Counted from the stretch's first letter, positions 28,001 to 39,363 are shown. The stretch is DNA of 64,000 nt from Armatimonadota bacterium (GCA_039811685.1 JBDHZC010000004.1:274745-338744); one strand, 5' to 3'. A program made the numbers and translations. Notes: generated by a model not told the origin, from the letters alone.

Positions 28001-29536
28001 TTGTCTCTGAAACTGAATGTCGCTTTGATCCGGTCTGCCAGAGCCGCAGCCGCCGGACTGGCGCTGGCCTTGTTGTCAGTCCCATCTGTGTCGGTTGGAG
28101 CCAACGTTGGCCCGATCATGGACCCGGTCATACAGCCGTATCCGGCCTACTTCGACTCCGGCCGGCCAATAACGGAGCAGCCCATAGCGGTGCCTGCTGG
28201 AAAGTCGCTCCTGGTCCCGTTGACAGCCTCAGATGCCGACGGCGACCCGTTGCGCTGGATTGCCGCCGCTGGTAATCCCAGGATCATTCCCGGACTTATT
28301 CAGAAAGCTCCAGCTCTCAAGTTGACTGTGGACTACGGTTCTGGCACTGGAGAGATGGTCTTTCTTTTGTTCAAAGATCTGGCGCCAAACACTGTGCGCA
28401 ACATCATCGGTCTGGTGAATGCCCACTATTACGATGGGCTGAAATTTCACAGGATTATTCAGAAGTTCATGGCGCAGGGAGGGGACAAGGCTGGCACGGG
28501 TTCAGGAGTCCCTCCATTTCAGTCTGACGATGAGTTCAACCCGAGCGCGATCTTCACCGGTCGCGGACAGCTTGCCATGGCGAACTCTGGAGACGATACA
28601 AACGGCACACAGTTTTTCGTGACGTTTGCGCCGCAGCGGCATCTCGACTTTCAGCACACCATTTTCGGTCAGCTTGTACGCGGATGGGATACGCTGGCTA
28701 ATATCGAATCCAAGGGCACTCCGGGCGGCACTCCGACGGAGACCGTCACCATTACCAAGGCCGAGATGATAATGGACCAGCAGGATGCTGTCCTGCGCCT
28801 GGGCGCAGCGCCAAGCAACCTGGTGCCGTGGAAAGGCTTTGTTACGGTGCGTTGCTATGACGATCGAGGCGGTTACTTCACACGCGCTTTCGAGCCGCTA
28901 TCCGAAGCAGACACTTCCAATTCTCGTCCTTATCTGACGCCCATCCCGGACTTCTACGCTAATCCCGGTCAGCATGTTCAGATTCCTCTGCGCGGTATAG
29001 ATCTTGAGGGTGACGTCATCTACTATGCGGCAGCGTACGCGGATTTCTTCCCGCCAGGGGAAGAGATCCCGTTCAACGCTGATATCAATGGGCGAGTGGT
29101 TACTGTATCGCCAAAAAGCCCTTTTGAAGGTCCAGTCAATATCAAAGTTGGTGTTTCTGCGGTTGCTGACTACAGCGGCTGGAATGCCGGATGGGATACC
29201 CAAATCGTCCGTATCTGCTATGGAGAACAACCCATCACAGGTGTCGGCCGTAATGTAGGCGGTCAGGCGAACGTGCCTATCGCTGGTGCGCTGGTTGCCA
29301 ATTTTGCGCATCCTGATGCCACCCGTACTCCGGGCACCTTCGGCGCCAAGATCAACTGGGGCGATGGTTCTGACTTGACTGATGGAGTCATCTCGCAGCC
29401 GTACGCCAACAAAGTGTTCTATGTCACTGGTAACCACACGTATACTGTTCCGGGACAGTTCCCTATAACTGTCACAGTGACCAGCGACAAGGGGCTGCGC
29501 CAGAAGGTTGAAGCCTACGCCAATATTGCCCCCTGA
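28001..29536 (+). CDS. Secreted cyclophilin-type peptidyl-prolyl isomerase with Ig/PKD-like domains
   Basis: FHRII..FMAQGGD, LAMANSG.DTNGTQFFVT, HTIFGQ; C-terminal INWGDG..HTY..ITVTV; TTG start with AAAGGA RBS and signal peptide. Confidence 0.85.
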   Translation: MSLKLNVALIRSARAAAAGLALALLSVPSVSVGANVGPIMDPVIQPYPAYFDSGRPITEQPIAVPAGKSLLVPLTASDADGDPLRWIAAAGNPRIIPGLIQKAPALKLTVDYGSGTGEMVFLLFKDLAPNTVRNIIGLVNAHYYDGLKFHRIIQKFMAQGGDKAGTGSGVPPFQSDDEFNPSAIFTGRGQLAMANSGDDTNGTQFFVTFAPQRHLDFQHTIFGQLVRGWDTLANIESKGTPGGTPTETVTITKAEMIMDQQDAVLRLGAAPSNLVPWKGFVTVRCYDDRGGYFTRAFEPLSEADTSNSRPYLTPIPDFYANPGQHVQIPLRGIDLEGDVIYYAAAYADFFPPGEEIPFNADINGRVVTVSPKSPFEGPVNIKVGVSAVADYSGWNAGWDTQIVRICYGEQPITGVGRNVGGQANVPIAGALVANFAHPDATRTPGTFGAKINWGDGSDLTDGVISQPYANKVFYVTGNHTYTVPGQFPITVTVTSDKGLRQKVEAYANIAP

Positions 29537-29560
29537 CAGGCATCTTTCGTTTGATGTGAG

Positions 29561-29594
29561 AAGAGGCTGCTCCACACCAGAGCGGCCTCTTTTT
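29561..29594 (+). terminator. Rho-independent terminator
   Basis: AAGAGGCTGCTC..GAGCGGCCTCTT followed by T run. Confidence 0.75.
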
Positions 29595-29664
29595 GCTACG
29601 GTTCTTCGGACCATCGCCGCATGCGCGGAGTTCGCATCAGAACTCCATCGCATTTCGCCCTTCC

Positions 29665-30948
29665 ATGCGCTCTAGCGACACTTCTTCAACCAGCAATCCC
29701 CCGCGTCCAGTTTCCTCTCATCGCTTCCGATGTCCAGGGCTTCTGTGCGCGACCCTTCTGGGTTGCCTCATAGCCGTCATTGCCGGCCTGATATTTGTCT
29801 ATCTGCGCAACAATCAGCCGCCCAAAGTCCCGGTTGTGACATGGATGGCTCCAGAAAAGAACAGCTTTCCCGCCCTTATGCAGGAGGCGGAAAAGCTGAA
29901 TGCGCTGCAGCAGACAAATCCGCTTCGGTCGAAGAACAGCTCCGAGGCGGCCCTGCGGGCGTATGTAACGGCGGCTTCTCCAATCCTCGACAGAGTGCGA
30001 AATGCGTTGGATGAGCCGTGCGAGATGCTGCCAGAGATAAAGCCGGACGCCACTGCAAAACCTTTGGCAAACTTTGAAACTCTGGTGTGGGCCTTTCGTG
30101 CGGAAGCCGAGCTTCATGCCCGAAACCGGCGCTACAGCCGGTCTATGCAGTCCACGCTGGACGCTCTTCAGCTTGCTGTTAAGCTTCCAAAGGGTGGGGG
30201 ACTGGATGCGGTAATCACCGGAGAAAGGCTTCAGCAGATCAGCCTGGCTGGTGCGGAAGAAGTTCTGCCGAGGCTCATTTGGCCTTCTCTCCGAAAGACC
30301 GTGCAGCGTCTGCGAGACATTCAGGGCATGCGCCCGCCGCTTGCGCAGAACATCCAGCACGACGCTTTGTGGTCTGAAGTCAGGTACGCTACTCTCTTTC
30401 AGGACTCTTCCAATCGCACGGTTTCAGGGCTGAGGAAGCTGTCGAAGCGTGACCCGGGTCTCGGATTTATCGGCTCCATACACTACAACTTCTCAAACAA
30501 GCGGGCTCTGATTGCTGAAAACACAGCCTATCTGAACCGTCTCGCCAGAGAGGCGGAGAAGCCTTTTTATCAACGGAGGCCGGTTTTCAGACCTTCGAAT
30601 CCGATTGCGGACCACCTGGGTGACTACCAGAAAGCCGCCCGCATCGACTGTGCGAGCCGAGCCGTCGTGTCTCTGCTTCAAATCCAGGCAGCTCTGCGAC
30701 TGTATCATCTTCAGAGAGATGATTATCCGCGCACTCTGGATGCGCTGGTTTCTGAATATATCCCAAGCCTGCCGGAAGATCCGTTTACAGGAAAGCCGTT
30801 TCACTACCAGCGTCTGAAGAAAAGTGTTTATCGTCTTTACAGTGTGGGAGCGAACATGAAAGACGATCACGGAAAGGCTGGAGGGTGGGGTTCACTCTCG
30901 GGAGATCTCGTCTCAGGTAATCTGAGTTCTCGAAAAACGCTCGAATGA
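29665..30948 (+). CDS. Membrane-anchored helical protein with a GspG/pseudopilin-like C-terminus
   Basis: One N-terminal TM segment; LRLYH...YP.TL.ALV..YI..LPEDPFTGKPFHY..LYSVG.N..DD.G. Confidence 0.65.
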   Translation: MRSSDTSSTSNPPRPVSSHRFRCPGLLCATLLGCLIAVIAGLIFVYLRNNQPPKVPVVTWMAPEKNSFPALMQEAEKLNALQQTNPLRSKNSSEAALRAYVTAASPILDRVRNALDEPCEMLPEIKPDATAKPLANFETLVWAFRAEAELHARNRRYSRSMQSTLDALQLAVKLPKGGGLDAVITGERLQQISLAGAEEVLPRLIWPSLRKTVQRLRDIQGMRPPLAQNIQHDALWSEVRYATLFQDSSNRTVSGLRKLSKRDPGLGFIGSIHYNFSNKRALIAENTAYLNRLAREAEKPFYQRRPVFRPSNPIADHLGDYQKAARIDCASRAVVSLLQIQAALRLYHLQRDDYPRTLDALVSEYIPSLPEDPFTGKPFHYQRLKKSVYRLYSVGANMKDDHGKAGGWGSLSGDLVSGNLSSRKTLE

Positions 30949-30970
30949 GAAGAACTCCGGGTAGGCGCCC

Positions 30971-31687
30971 TCACGGGCAATTCCCGGAAGCGCGCTGATA
31001 GAGCAGCATTCGTCCGTCCCTTCCCACCTCGTCGAGGCAACCCGCTTTTTTCAGGCAGTAAAGAACCTTACGAGTCTGCCATACAGGCTTTCCCAGCGCT
31101 TCCGCAGCGTCCCGGCTGGTGAACGGATCGGACAGGCTATCTGGCAGGAGAGACAGGAGGTCCGAAGGGTTTTCAAAGCATCTGCGCTCCAGGACTTCCA
31201 GCAGCTTTCTGTCCAGAATGCTTGCGCCTTTGCGCCGCCAGCTTCCGCGTCCGTCCTCACAGCGGATTTCTTCGTCCCTTACCAGCAGGACTTCCAGAGT
31301 GAAATTTGGATGCTGGAGTATCTCTGGAAAGCGCAGCAGTTCGTCACACACATCCAACACGCACCCTCTCTTTGGTGAGCGCCTGCGACTGAGCACCTCT
31401 CCCTCTGTAGAAATCCGCGTGAGAGTCCTCTCGGTGGCAACTGGATAGACCAGGCGCACCGGGCGCTCTGTAAGCAGCGCATAGAGTTTTTTCTTGATTG
31501 CGTAAAAGCTCCGAGTCTGAATCTCCAGCGCTGTGCGCCCCCGCAGGATGTCCACCTGAAAACCCTGCACCTGCGCCTCAAGCACATCCCCTTCGCGCGC
31601 ATACCAGCGCTTTACCGCCGCGTGCAGCGACTTCTCCTGGTAAGTGCCTATGGATTGAGGAGTCACTCCGTCCGAGCCTGCCCTCAC
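30971..31687 (-). CDS. Hypothetical protein, possible PD-(D/E)XK nuclease fold with C-terminal HTH
   Basis: EKSLHAAVK.WY, VDI..EIQT; FTSRDAAEALG helix-turn-helix; GTGA overlap with upstream GH10 gene. Confidence 0.55.
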   Translation of the reverse strand: MRAGSDGVTPQSIGTYQEKSLHAAVKRWYAREGDVLEAQVQGFQVDILRGRTALEIQTRSFYAIKKKLYALLTERPVRLVYPVATERTLTRISTEGEVLSRRRSPKRGCVLDVCDELLRFPEILQHPNFTLEVLLVRDEEIRCEDGRGSWRRKGASILDRKLLEVLERRCFENPSDLLSLLPDSLSDPFTSRDAAEALGKPVWQTRKVLYCLKKAGCLDEVGRDGRMLLYQRASGNCP

Positions 31688-32979
31688 CGAAGCCGCACCG
31701 TCAGAGCATTTTTGCCGCTGGCCGAAATATGGAGGGTGTCGTGGACCTTGGTATTTCCATGTGTAACTGTAACGGAGTACCTGCCATGAAAACCTCGGAC
31801 AGAAAATCTCCCGCGTCTGTCCGTCTGACCGCTAGCGTTAGTCATCCATTCGTGGTTAATCAGCCTGTCGAGCTCTCTGTAGGCGGGCTTTGGTGTCCAG
31901 TCCTTTGCGATGATACCACCCTGCGGCAGCCAGGAAGCGCCGTCCCACATCGCCCAGAGCGTTATCGCTTTGACGTTCGGATAGCTGAACGCAAGTGTGT
32001 AGTAGTAGCGGTAGTACTGTCCCTGAAACTCCGGTGTCCACGTTCCTTTGACAAAGGTGGAGTTCACGGGTTTTGCGTCTGAGGGAAGCATCATCTCCGT
32101 AATGTGGATGTCTCTGCCAGCGCTGGCCAGATGATCGAACATCTCAAATATCTGCTCAGGACTGGGGACATGTGGCGGGTCGTGTGCCTGCTCACCAAGC
32201 CCGTTGATCGGCGCCCCCTGCCGGATAGCGCTCTGGCACAAAGCAGCGAACTTTTGAGCGCCACTGTCCCACTGATTTCCATACTCGTTCACCAGCAGCA
32301 GTGCGTTTGGGTCTACCTCGTGTGCCCATTGCAGCGCTTTAGTCATATAGTCTGGCCCTATCTTCTCTTCAAACCAGTGGCAGTGGAGTGGCTCGTTCAC
32401 CACATCCCAGGCAGCGATGCGACCCTTATATCGCCCAACTACGTCCAGAATATGCTGTCGCGTTTTTCGCGTGATTTCCTCCGGTGGGTATTGAGCCAAC
32501 CACTCAGGGTAGCCCCACTTCGCATACCCCCAGACGAGAGTGTGCCCCTTCACAGCGATACGGTGCTTTTCTGCCCAGTCGAGAAAGCTGTCTGCCATCC
32601 CGTAGCGCGTCTGGCCCTCCTCTGGCTCCAGATTCTGCCATTTGAGCATATTCTCCGTGGTTGCGTAGTTGAACAGTTTCAGATAGTAGCGCTCAAACTG
32701 CGCCCAGTCTCTCGGGTTGGGCTGTTGCCGCTTTATGTTCCAGGATGGAAAGGCGCATCCGAACAGGAAGTCGTGAGTTTTCTGCCGCAACGTGACTGTT
32801 GCGCCGGGCACGGCTCTGCCGGATTCATCCACAACCGCAATAACGCAATCTGACTTACGATTGCGCTCGATCCCTTGAGAAACACGCTTCGCCCAGTCTG
32901 CTGACAATGGCAGCCCGGCGTCGAGACACCAGCCCGAGAGTGGCAAATACAGAAGCAGTGTGACGAAAAGCACTTTCAT
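31684..32979 (-). CDS. GH10 endo-1,4-beta-xylanase-like protein
   Basis: ENMLKW, KGHTLVW, WDVVNEP, VNEY, GEQAH, IHITE; signal peptide from ATG 32979. Confidence 0.88.
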   Translation of the reverse strand: MKVLFVTLLLYLPLSGWCLDAGLPLSADWAKRVSQGIERNRKSDCVIAVVDESGRAVPGATVTLRQKTHDFLFGCAFPSWNIKRQQPNPRDWAQFERYYLKLFNYATTENMLKWQNLEPEEGQTRYGMADSFLDWAEKHRIAVKGHTLVWGYAKWGYPEWLAQYPPEEITRKTRQHILDVVGRYKGRIAAWDVVNEPLHCHWFEEKIGPDYMTKALQWAHEVDPNALLLVNEYGNQWDSGAQKFAALCQSAIRQGAPINGLGEQAHDPPHVPSPEQIFEMFDHLASAGRDIHITEMMLPSDAKPVNSTFVKGTWTPEFQGQYYRYYYTLAFSYPNVKAITLWAMWDGASWLPQGGIIAKDWTPKPAYRELDRLINHEWMTNASGQTDRRGRFSVRGFHGRYSVTVTHGNTKVHDTLHISASGKNALTVRLR

Positions 32980-33369
32980 GGAACAAGCCTCACGAGAACT
33001 GTCTTTCTCCACCTTTGCTCTCACACCTGGGCAGTTCCTCTACCGCAAATCAAGAGGGTCTTAGAAAACAGTCACTTTTGCCAGTTACACTGGAGTTCGC
33101 CATTCGATACCATAGAGTTAGCCTATTTTGCTGGCACGAGTCTGATCACCAGACTCGCTCCGGACGGCGGCGCTTGCATGGAGCCGCCTTCATCTGAAAA
33201 CGGAGATGCGGCGTGACCAACCGTCAACACGCGCCGCAAAAAAACCCCAGGCCTCCGGGCGCCGGAGCTGTCTAGCTATCTCAGCGCTTCCTCACGAGAG
33301 CAATATCCGAGTGCGGAGCTCTTCTTGAGGACCAGGCGATCATTCCAACGAGAGAAAGAGAGTCATATC

Positions 33370-33984
33370 TTGAAACGCGCATTCATCACAGTTGCCATAC
33401 TTGCCGCCACCTGCTTCGCCGGACTCTCCAGCGTGCATGCGGGTACTTATACTTTTCAGCCCAATCCCGTAGATCTGTACGATCTGGATCACTATTACAA
33501 CTACCTGTGGGGCGTGGGCTGGCAGACTCCTGCCGGCGAAACTATCACCAACGCCACCCTCACCATTAAGAACATCAACAACTGGACGCTTGAGAGGGAC
33601 AACAACTGGCTGTATATGCACCTGATTGACAACGCGCCGACAGGCGTGAAGAGCAGCTGGGACAATGAGAGCAACGGCGATGAGTTCGCCCACGCCGGCC
33701 CGCTCATTGACGTTTACACAGACAACGACACCAAGGCCCACACACTCACATATGACTTCAGCCAACTGGGATTGGTGCCTTACCTGCAGAGCTACGCTGC
33801 CGACGGCAAGTGGGGCATCGGTTTCGATCCGGATTGCCACTACTTCAACGACGGCATTAAGCTCGTGGTCTGCACCACGACCTCGACCACGCCGCCCCCG
33901 CCGGTCCCCGAGCCGATGACCATGGTCATGAGCTTCATGGGACTCAGCTCCCTGGGCGCCATTCGCCGGCTGCGACGCGGCTAG
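33370..33984 (+). CDS. PEP-CTERM protein
   Basis: Signal peptide; Thr/Pro linker; VPEPMTMVMSFMGLSSLGAIRRLRRG; TTG start. Confidence 0.85.
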   Translation: MKRAFITVAILAATCFAGLSSVHAGTYTFQPNPVDLYDLDHYYNYLWGVGWQTPAGETITNATLTIKNINNWTLERDNNWLYMHLIDNAPTGVKSSWDNESNGDEFAHAGPLIDVYTDNDTKAHTLTYDFSQLGLVPYLQSYAADGKWGIGFDPDCHYFNDGIKLVVCTTTSTTPPPPVPEPMTMVMSFMGLSSLGAIRRLRRG

Positions 33985-34026
33985 AATCCCGCGACAACTT
34001 TAGTCTCCAAATAGCTCTAACTCAGA

Positions 34027-34064
34027 CGCCGGAGAGCCAGTGTGGCTTCTCCGGCGCTTTTTTT
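34027..34064 (+). terminator. Rho-independent terminator
   Basis: CGCCGGAGA..TCTCCGGCG followed by T7. Confidence 0.8.
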
Positions 34065-34161
34065 GTCTCCATCCTGCGACCGGACAACCACAACTGTGGC
34101 AGGAAAGATGCAGGTGGTGGCGAACACAATCGTGCGGCCATTTCGTGCCCTGGGAGGCCTT

Positions 34162-34719
34162 GTGATCTGGGTCATCGTGCTGGCATGCTTTATCGCTGTC
34201 AGCCTTCTTGTTTTTTACAACCGATTAGTATCTTTGCGTGTGAGGGCTTCAAACGCGTGGGCGGATATCGACGTTCAGCTCAAACGCCGCCACGACCTTG
34301 TTCCAAATCTCATTGCCGTGGTGCAGGGCTACGCAGCTCACGAAAAAGCTATCTTCGAGGACGTTGCCAGATACCGCGCCCAGGCGCTGGATGCAACCGA
34401 TCCACGGGAAACTGATACTGCTGAGTCTCAGCTTACGAGTGGCATCAAGAGCCTCTTCGCCATCGCAGAGAACTACCCCAATCTGCGGGCCGATGAGAAC
34501 TTCCGCAAACTTCAGGATCAGCTTGCGGAGGTTGAAAACAACATCCAGTACGCGCGCCGTTACTATAACGCGGTCGTGCGCGACTACAACACCGCCACAG
34601 AGCTTTTCCCGAGCCGGCTTGTCGCCAGCGCTTTTGGTTTCAAGAGGCTCGCCTACTTTCAGGCCGAAGCAGAAGCTCGCGGCGCGGTCACGTTCAGCTT
34701 GACGGACAAACAGAATTGA
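34162..34719 (+). CDS. lemA: LemA family protein
   Basis: [39 protein letters not shown] start with GGAGG RBS. Confidence 0.93.
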   Translation: MIWVIVLACFIAVSLLVFYNRLVSLRVRASNAWADIDVQLKRRHDLVPNLIAVVQGYAAHEKAIFEDVARYRAQALDATDPRETDTAESQLTSGIKSLFAIAENYPNLRADENFRKLQDQLAEVENNIQYARRYYNAVVRDYNTATELFPSRLVASAFGFKRLAYFQAEAEARGAVTFSLTDKQN

Positions 34720-36437
34720 AAAAGGCGCTTCTCACACTCATCGTCCTCCTGTCCATCGCATCGCCATGTCTGGCCGAACAGATGGCGAAAATGAATGTGG
34801 ACATCCAGGTAAACAAAGACGCCAGCTTCACTGTCGAGGAAGACATGCTGATGGACTTTGGGGTCGAGGAGCGGCACGGCATTTACCGGGATATTCATCT
34901 GCGCGATCGCACCTCTCACGGGACAAACCGCAGTATTCGCGTCAAAGTCCTGAGTGTGACAAACGGCATCGGCGGCGCCAGGCCTTACACCCTCTCCCGT
35001 CATGGAGATTCTCTGCGGGTACGAATAGGCGATCCAGACACTCTGGTCTCAGGCACTCAACGCTACGTAGTAACCTACGTGGTCAGGAACGCTTTGCTGT
35101 TCTGGCCGGACTACGATGAGCTCTACTGGAACGCCACTGGAGACCAGTGGCAGTTTCCGATCCAGAGCGCTGCGTGCGCAGTGCATCTGCCTCCGGACGT
35201 CCCGGAGGCAAAAGTCCGTATCAACGCCTTCCTGGGCATTTACGGGTCTACGGAGCAGGCGCAGTTTCGTAAGATGGATCACGGCGGGCGTTTTTGGAGC
35301 CCGCGGCCGCTCCAACTCCAAGAGCAGTTGACCGTTGCTCTGGCGTGGCCCAAGGGGTACGTTACGCCGGTCAGCACACTGCAGAAGATCGTCTGGTTTG
35401 CGACTGACAACGTTTTCGCGTTTCTGCCGCCCATCTATCTTGCAGGACTGATATTCATCTGGGCGCGGGTGGGAAGAGATCCGGATGTGGACCTGTCGGA
35501 AACCGTCCGCTATGAACCGCCGGATGATTTGCGCCCCGGGGAGGTCGGGACCCTTCTGGACGAAAGAGCTGATCTTGTGGACATCACTTCAACAGTTGTG
35601 GATCTCGCGGTGCGCGGCTATCTCAAAATCGTTGAAGTTGAGGCGAAGGGTTGGTTTGGCAGGACGACTTACCGGCTTGAAAAGGTGGAGGCAGGCGACA
35701 AGGCAGATCGCCGCGGTGGTCTCTCGGACTTCGAGAAAACCATGTACAACAAGATCTTCTCGCTGGGAGACAGCGTAGATACCGACGATCTGAAGAATCA
35801 CTTCTACACGGAGTTGCCGACGCTGAAGTCGCAGCTGTACCTCTCAATGACTAAGCACGGCTATTTCCGGTCCAATCCAGACAGCGTCCGCAATGGATAC
35901 GGGGCCGCAGGAATTGTTCTGCTGATTGGGGGGCTGGTCCTGATGCTGGTGCTTTTTGGGGACGACTCCCTGATATCGCCGTGGTGGGGCGCAAGTATTG
36001 CGCTGTGTGGCATCTTTACAATCATCGCTTCACCTGCCATGCCGCAGAAAACCGCTCGCGGACGCCGGGCCTATGTGGACGCCAGAGGTTTCGAGGAATA
36101 CCTCCGCCGCGCCGAGATTGCCGACATCCAGCTTCAGGAGAAGAAGAACTTATTCGAGACCTTCCTGCCCTATGCAGTTGCTTTGGGCGTGGCGGAGAAG
36201 TGGGCCCGCGCATTTGCCGGAATCTATACGGAGCCTCCTGAATGGTATTCAGGAACCAGCTTCAGCAGTGGTTTCCAGCCGGTCTATTTCGCGCGCTCGC
36301 TGGGCGGAGCGATGAACAGCGTCGGCTCAGCGATGGTTACGGCTCCGCGTTCAGCGTCCAGCGGCGGTAGCTCGTTTGGTGGAGGTGGAGGCTCCTCCGG
36401 TGGTGGTTTCGGCGGTGGCGGCGGCGGCTCCTGGTAG
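34716..36437 (+). CDS. DUF2207 family membrane protein
   Basis: [32 protein letters not shown], Gly-rich GGGGGGSW end; usual lemA partner. Confidence 0.88.
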   Translation: MKKALLTLIVLLSIASPCLAEQMAKMNVDIQVNKDASFTVEEDMLMDFGVEERHGIYRDIHLRDRTSHGTNRSIRVKVLSVTNGIGGARPYTLSRHGDSLRVRIGDPDTLVSGTQRYVVTYVVRNALLFWPDYDELYWNATGDQWQFPIQSAACAVHLPPDVPEAKVRINAFLGIYGSTEQAQFRKMDHGGRFWSPRPLQLQEQLTVALAWPKGYVTPVSTLQKIVWFATDNVFAFLPPIYLAGLIFIWARVGRDPDVDLSETVRYEPPDDLRPGEVGTLLDERADLVDITSTVVDLAVRGYLKIVEVEAKGWFGRTTYRLEKVEAGDKADRRGGLSDFEKTMYNKIFSLGDSVDTDDLKNHFYTELPTLKSQLYLSMTKHGYFRSNPDSVRNGYGAAGIVLLIGGLVLMLVLFGDDSLISPWWGASIALCGIFTIIASPAMPQKTARGRRAYVDARGFEEYLRRAEIADIQLQEKKNLFETFLPYAVALGVAEKWARAFAGIYTEPPEWYSGTSFSSGFQPVYFARSLGGAMNSVGSAMVTAPRSASSGGSSFGGGGGSSGGGFGGGGGGSW

Positions 36438-36653
36438 CTACCAACCTGCGACAGAGAATTCGCACACGCATAGAATCCTGAGGGCGCCTGGAATTTAGGC
36501 CTTCGAGCCTGCACTTCCTGTTCGCGCGGGAATGGGAGGCGCGACGGCTTGACCGCAAAGCGTGTTCAGGTGTACCCTATAAGTAGCGACGCGGTCGTAC
36601 CAGACGCTTCTGCAGCGTCTGGCATCGCCGTTTGTGTGAAAGAATCTGGCCCA

Positions 36654-39314
36654 ATGAATCTCAGGCTCTGGCTCTGCGCCGTTCTTGCAACGGTGGCATT
36701 TTCTCTCGGTATTCACGCGCCTTCCACGGCGGCTAACGATCGTCCACTGCTATTTGGCATGAACCCTACACCGATGGACTGGTGGGGGTATGACAAGTAC
36801 ACCTGGGACCCCATCCTCTTCCAGAAAATGGCGGAAGGGGGGTGTACTGTAGCGCGTATCGGTGTGAACTGGGACACGATTGAGCCCAGCCCTGGCGTGC
36901 GCAACTTCAGTGAAGTGGATCGCTGGGTGAAGCTGTGCCTGGACAACAACATCGAGCCGCTGATTCTCATCAACAGCACAGCTACCTGGGCGCTGCCTTC
37001 TCCACTCGATCCGGCCGTCTCTGTGCCGGAAGCGCGCTATCCTCCGGCGGAAACGAAGATTGAGGTCTTCAACGGGTGGATTTACGACCTCACCCGGCGC
37101 TATCGTGGGCGAGTCCGCTATTATGAGTTCTGGAACGAAGCAAATGGCTATGGCTGGTACACGGCGCTGCAAAACCCGCCCACTTACAGTCGCGCCGATC
37201 TCTACACGCCCTGGATGATCCGGGCGTACAAAGCGCTCAAAAAGGCTGATCCCACCGCGATGATGTCAACGACCGGCATGGATGACAACGGCGGTGGTGG
37301 GGACTACATGCTCCAGCGCATCTACGATTTTGGAGGTCAGGGGTATTTTGACGCAGTAGCGGATCACCCGTATTCCTATGGCCCGCTGGATTCCTACAAG
37401 CTCAGCGACATCAAGAGTGTGCTGAACAGTCACGGTGACACAAACGTCAAAATCTGGATTACCGAGTACGGCTATCCGATGAATCCCGGTGACTACGCCA
37501 CCTATCAGTCCTACATCAGCAGCTACTTCAATACACTCACCAGCGACGCGTTCAACTACGTCACGATAGCGACCTGGCACACTGCCAACGAGTTCCCGTG
37601 GGAGGCTGGCTACGGGCTTATGAACTCCAATCTGACGCCCAAGCCACCCTACAATACCTTCAAGAACTATGCGAAGCCAGCGCGCCCGGCTATTTCCAAC
37701 GTCAGTGTTTCCAATCTAACGCCAACCAGTGTCCGCGCGACCTTCAACACTAACATGGCGGCTACGTCGCTGGTCATGTACGGGCTGGATACGAACTATG
37801 GCCAGATTACAGGACGCGAGACAACCGCAACAACCTCCCATACTGTGGACATCCTTGGGCTGAAGCCGTCGACCACATACCACTACCGCATTCGGGCAGG
37901 CGCTGTGGAAGACGGGGACAGCTTCTCGACTGATCGCACGTTTATCACCACCTCGGGCCAGGTTATCAACATTACTTCGGGCCCGGCGGTCATTGATCTT
38001 GGACAGAACACAGCTACTGTCTCCTGGACGACGGATGTACCGTCTTCCTCGAGTGTGCAATATGGGTCGAACTTCAACTATGGCTTACAGGCAAGTGGAA
38101 GCCCGGGTACGCAGCACAGCGTTACGCTCACAGGCCTGGATTCAGGAAAAGTCTATCAGAGTCGGGTCATCTCAACGGCAACCGGATACGCAGACGCCGT
38201 GGCCGAAGCGCCGGGCTTTCGCACGCTGGAAGGTGAGGGACAGCTACAGAACGGTGGATTTGAGCAGGGAACAGCCGGGTGGAGTTTCTGGGAGGTGTAT
38301 CCGTGGGGATACGGAGCTCCCGATTGGCCCGGGCATGTTGATATCAAGGGGACATCTGGCGCGTTTCCTCCCAGCCCTCCAGCCAAAGAAGGTTCAAAGC
38401 GTATGACGCTGGACAAAGGCTACGCAAGCGCCGTCGGTGGCCTGTACCAGACTATCCCTGTAACGAACGGGTGGTATCTGGTGGGCGGATGGGTAGCTTC
38501 AGGTACGGACTCGAACGACGAGATCATTGAACTAATTGCTATAGATGGCGCCTATGCGGGCGGCATCCCGACTGGCACGCTGGTAGCTCATCTAACCACC
38601 TCTACAGGTTGGAACTACTATCAGAAGCCAGTGCAGGTGACAACGGGGAAGCTCACGGTTTCCCTGCGCATCAGTCAATATTCGGCGACCGGTGCGGTCG
38701 CCGGCCATTTTGACGGCCTGTCTGTGACACCGATTGAGACCTCTTCGTTCGGAGATTTAAAAGACCAGACTGCCGGACAATTTCTGATGATTGATGCGCC
38801 AGTCGTGGTCGCGAGCGTTGTGGACGACAATACACTCTATCTGGAGCAGCCGGATCGCGCGTCGGGCATCCGTGTCCGCACAGCCTCTGCGCACGGGCGC
38901 AGTGTGGGCGATCGTGTGAGCGTTTACGGGACGCTGGCTGTCGAGAATGGCGAGGCGCTTCTGTCTGCCGCCGGCGTGCTCAGCCAGGCTACCGGCTCCA
39001 ACGTGGCTCCATTGTCGATCACACCGTCTCATCTGGGCGGTAGTCAGCGCGGATTGCAGCCTGCGGTTGGGGTTTCCAAGGGACTCAACACCACCGGGTT
39101 GCTTGTGCGAACGTGGGGTAAGTTCACGTACGTCAGCTCCACTCGATTCACGATGACCGATGGCGACGGCTCTGTTGTCAGTTGTCAGGCGCCGGACGGG
39201 TCTTTGGACCCAGGCTGGACGTGGGTGGGCGTGACGGGCGTTAGCTCGGTTGAGGGAGGTCAGCCTCTCGTCATCATCACGAGTCCGTCAGATATCACAT
39301 CCCATCTTCCGTAA
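36654..39314 (+). CDS. Secreted clan GH-A hydrolase (GH39/GH5-like) + 2 FN3 + CBM-like domain + shared C-terminal domain
   Basis: YYEFWNEANG, DHPY, IWITEYG; FN3 motifs GLKPSTTYHYRI and GLDSGKVY; LQNGGFE. Confidence 0.82.
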   Translation: MNLRLWLCAVLATVAFSLGIHAPSTAANDRPLLFGMNPTPMDWWGYDKYTWDPILFQKMAEGGCTVARIGVNWDTIEPSPGVRNFSEVDRWVKLCLDNNIEPLILINSTATWALPSPLDPAVSVPEARYPPAETKIEVFNGWIYDLTRRYRGRVRYYEFWNEANGYGWYTALQNPPTYSRADLYTPWMIRAYKALKKADPTAMMSTTGMDDNGGGGDYMLQRIYDFGGQGYFDAVADHPYSYGPLDSYKLSDIKSVLNSHGDTNVKIWITEYGYPMNPGDYATYQSYISSYFNTLTSDAFNYVTIATWHTANEFPWEAGYGLMNSNLTPKPPYNTFKNYAKPARPAISNVSVSNLTPTSVRATFNTNMAATSLVMYGLDTNYGQITGRETTATTSHTVDILGLKPSTTYHYRIRAGAVEDGDSFSTDRTFITTSGQVINITSGPAVIDLGQNTATVSWTTDVPSSSSVQYGSNFNYGLQASGSPGTQHSVTLTGLDSGKVYQSRVISTATGYADAVAEAPGFRTLEGEGQLQNGGFEQGTAGWSFWEVYPWGYGAPDWPGHVDIKGTSGAFPPSPPAKEGSKRMTLDKGYASAVGGLYQTIPVTNGWYLVGGWVASGTDSNDEIIELIAIDGAYAGGIPTGTLVAHLTTSTGWNYYQKPVQVTTGKLTVSLRISQYSATGAVAGHFDGLSVTPIETSSFGDLKDQTAGQFLMIDAPVVVASVVDDNTLYLEQPDRASGIRVRTASAHGRSVGDRVSVYGTLAVENGEALLSAAGVLSQATGSNVAPLSITPSHLGGSQRGLQPAVGVSKGLNTTGLLVRTWGKFTYVSSTRFTMTDGDGSVVSCQAPDGSLDPGWTWVGVTGVSSVEGGQPLVIITSPSDITSHLP

Positions 39315-39363
39315 AGGGCGCGTGCATGCGGTAACGGAAGCGAGGCAGGCGGCTGCAGCATTG

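Noticed and set aside
33206..33244. Hairpin followed by an A7 run upstream of the PEP-CTERM gene
   Set aside because: Tract is on the wrong side for a terminator on either strand; no riboswitch consensus recognised.
36355..36437. GGC/GGT-rich low-complexity repeat
   Set aside because: Normal Gly-rich tail of DUF2207 proteins.
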